Assembly (NCBI GenBank): GCA_010093605.1
Contig: MU004181.1
Location: 1,240,001-1,304,000 of the forward strand
Source: Lophium mytilinum
Taxonomy: Eukaryota
Direction: 5' to 3'
Length of the DNA stretch: 64,000 nt
Both the position numbers and the translations under genes were made by a program. The notes under the pieces were generated by a model. That model was not told where the DNA came from and did not search any database. It was given only the letters and a program-made list of their open reading frames with translations. Within the stretch, counting starts at the first letter, position 1; the number at the start of each line of letters is the position of its first letter. This document shows, in pieces, positions 61,324-64,000 of the stretch.

Positions 61324-62903
61324 CTACTGCGGGGCCCTCTCAACATCCTCGCCCCTAATCGAGCCACTCTGCACAATCTTCTGAATCTCAGCACGGTCCT
61401 TCTTCACCGCCTCATTCATATCCTCATCATGCGAAACTTCAAAATTGCGGTTCCGGAACTCCGGCCCCAAGATCGTCAACACGATAGTGTACGCGTACAC
61501 GCAGCCCATAAAGATACAGATGACCTTGCCGTACGCGTACCGGGGAATCTCCTTCTTGCCCGCGATCTTCGGCGGCAGCGGGAAGCGCTCACCAATCGTT
61601 GCCTCGATGGTGCTGGAAGCGGATGAAACGAGGTTTCCGAGCTGGTACGAGGTTCCAACGACAAAGGTGCGGAACGAGCCTGGTGACATCTCCATGAGAT
61701 GGATGGGGATGACGCCCCACGCGCCCTGCACGCAGAACTGCTCGAAGAAGGCCGGGGCGATGATTTTGGTGTCGGTGACGAAGCAGTAGGGGTACAGCAG
61801 CGCGCCGCCGACAATGGAGATGAAGACGATGCTGAAGCGGCGGCCGAAGATCTGAGAGCAGTACCCGATCACGGTGCCGCCGCTCATGGCGCCCAGGTTG
61901 GCGACGACCTGGGTGACGGTGACGGCGTTGGGGCTGAAGTCGTATTGGTTCGTGAGCATGGTTGGGTAGAGATCTTGGGAGCCATGAGACTGGTTTGATT
62001 AGTTAGTGAGTTGAAACTATCAGCCTTCCGAAGATCGAAACTTACCATGAAGTTGAATCCAGCCATCAGTAAGACCATGTAGATCAGTATGAGCCAGTGC
62101 TTCTTCAGGGCGACTTTGCCTTCGGCAATGAAGGTGTGCGCGACGTTGTGGCCTGCTTTTCGGACCCTTTCACGCTCTTGGAAGGCCTGTGTCTCGGGAA
62201 GCAAGAGACGGAAGATGATGAGCAGAACTGGAGGTCCCGCACCGAACCAGAACAGCGGGCGCCATTCGTGGCCGACGGTGTCCACGAAGGCTCTCGAGAA
62301 AACAGTCGCGAGCAAATATCCAAACGCGTAGCCCTGTTGCAGCATACCGGAGATGATACCTCGAGCAGCCGGCGGGCAATCTTCTAGGGCCGTAGCAGCA
62401 ACGTTCCCGTACAGTCCACCCATGGCAATCCCAAAGAGCGCGCGCACGCCCAAGAATTGGTGGTAGGTGTTGCAGAATCCGGTACTCATCTCCAGGATAA
62501 TGAAAAGGACATTGTTGACAATGAAGGGCCACTTGCGTCCAAATCGATCAGCGGCAATTCCGAAGGTGATAGCACCGACGGATCGCAGCATCAGTACGAG
62601 GGTGATGCCCCACGTGATGTCCTTTTTGCTGACATCAAAGGTCTCGGCGAGGTTTTCGACGGTCAAAGAGACAGTGAAGAAATCGAAGGCGTCCCAGGAC
62701 CATGCAAAGAAAGAGATCAGGAAAAACATCCATTGCTGCTTGTTGAGAAGGGCGAGCAGCTTGAAGGGATTCTCAGCCTTGTCGAGGGTGGGCATGAGGG
62801 TGGAAAAGCGGGTGGCTGCATAGCGGCCGGCGCTCATTTTCGGGGTTTCAGGTTCACCGGAGCCCAGATGGGCATTGTACTCGGTCTCATTTTTCTCGTC
62901 CAT
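61324..62903 (-). CDS. JEN1: MFS carboxylic-acid transporter (Jen1/sialate:H+ symporter family), 507 aa; exons 62903-62046, 61989-61324
   Basis: WDAFDFFTV, ADRFGRKWPF, SGMLQQGYAFGYLLA, spliced signature NFMSHGSQDLYPT and QGAWGVIPIHLME. TATATAAA on the minus strand at ~62974-62981. Confidence 0.93.
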
Positions 62904-64000
62904 GATGGCTGCTGTCGAAGGTCTGCTGTCGAGGCTTGGAGGTAGAGTCGGAAAATAGGTGATCCGGTCTGGATTTATATAGGCACGCTTTGGGCGAACC
63001 ACGGTTGCCGAACAATAGTGAATGCAGTCAGAAAACACCGACGGCGTTAGGGATGTGCTCAAGCCACGGGTCGAGCGTTCTCGAGCTCTGCCGTGTCAAC
63101 GAGTATTTCCCGGGGAATTCAGGTAGCGCCACCTAGTGAGGATGCAGAAAGTCAGGCTGGCTGCACTGTTGGTGTGTCTCGCTGTCCGAGGCCGGGAGGA
63201 GTTGGCTTCTTTATGGTGCGCTGATCGTTCCATCCCTTGTGTTTGGTGGCATTCCATGGTCCATCCAAGCAGTACGATGACTGACGCCCAGCGCCGTCCC
63301 CGCCAACCCCGCAGGCGGGTGCATGCATTCACCCAATCATTCGGCCCGACCATCGCCACGGCCGGCTCGGTATGCCTAGAAACAGTTTGGTGGGCCGATA
63401 AGCGTTGCTCCACACGGGGAGCCGGTGTGGCACGCGCGCATAGAAGACTCTCCCGGGGTTCCAAGCACGGCTAAGCTGCACACCAACGGGTCAATACTTG
63501 CAGGCTCGTCTTGGCAGCCTTGCTTGATACACCAAGATATTTGAAGTGTACACTACCTACGAGATGGAGATGCTCATGAGTCAAGTCAGGATAAATCTAA
63601 TGAGTATTCAACCTCCTTTGCAGAACTGAAATGGTGCTTCACACATCGTGTTACCGTATATGATCATACGAATAAACCTGGGGATCGTGAAGGATGGAGG
63701 ATTGTGGAGAGTGGGGAGAGTGGTGTTGCGCAACATCCTTGTTCAGTCAGAAATGGCTCACTGCAGAGAGCCTACGGGGGCTAGCAAGGGACGACGATGA
63801 TCTTCTGCCGAGGTTTGCTCCAAGCGCCGTTCAACCTGCATTTCAAAGTGCTGTACTAGAGCTATTGTGGTGGCTTCATCGTCTCGACGACTGGGTGCCC
63901 AGACCCAGGACTTCAATCCTTCTGTGTGACTGGCAGCCCGCTCTCCAGCGCCATGTAACGTCGACTGCAAGGCAGGCATGCCCGGCACTTGGGTTTCATA

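Noticed and set aside
61324..62903. MFS transporter as the nitrate transporter of the nia cluster
   Set aside because: It has the Jen1 signature (NFMSHGSQDLYPT), not nitrate/nitrite-porter motifs.
1..64000. CRISPR arrays, rRNA genes, autonomous transposases or a Starship-type tyrosine recombinase
   Set aside because: No repeat-spacer array, rRNA-like sequence, DDE transposase, reverse transcriptase or recombinase ORF was recognised.

Overview
Eukaryotic, intron-containing DNA from a filamentous ascomycete. The tandem niaD-niiA arrangement is as in Dothideomycetes/Pleosporales, but that taxon is an inference. I rebuilt about 22 genes by hand from GT-AG introns with CTAAC/CTGAC-type branch points and checked that the exon sums stay in frame. 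Core genes: coatomer epsilon, glutathione peroxidase, a C2H2 transcription factor, PP2A activator RRD2, DHHC palmitoyltransferase PFA3, a GT25 glycosyltransferase, pyruvate dehydrogenase E2 (LAT1), SEC7, nitrate reductase, nitrite reductase and a JEN1-type carboxylate transporter. Features not visible in the ORF track: (1) a 16-codon CaaX-terminated lipopeptide (a-factor-like) pheromone precursor candidate at 36713-36763, with a TATA box and tandem HMG-type sites upstream; (2) a 3-exon, 6-Cys secreted-protein gene whose second intron holds a RIP-mutated 731-bp TIR element with an 8-bp target-site duplication; (3) a 225-bp TA-flanked MITE near the RRD2 promoter; (4) an accessory-looking block (15.8-29.3 kb) with a head-to-head pair (atypical Hsp70-superfamily ATPase plus a Myb-like/coiled-coil protein whose C-terminus resembles GrpE), an F-box-like gene and two tandem APH-family kinase paralogues. 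No rRNA, canonical tRNA or CRISPR array was seen.
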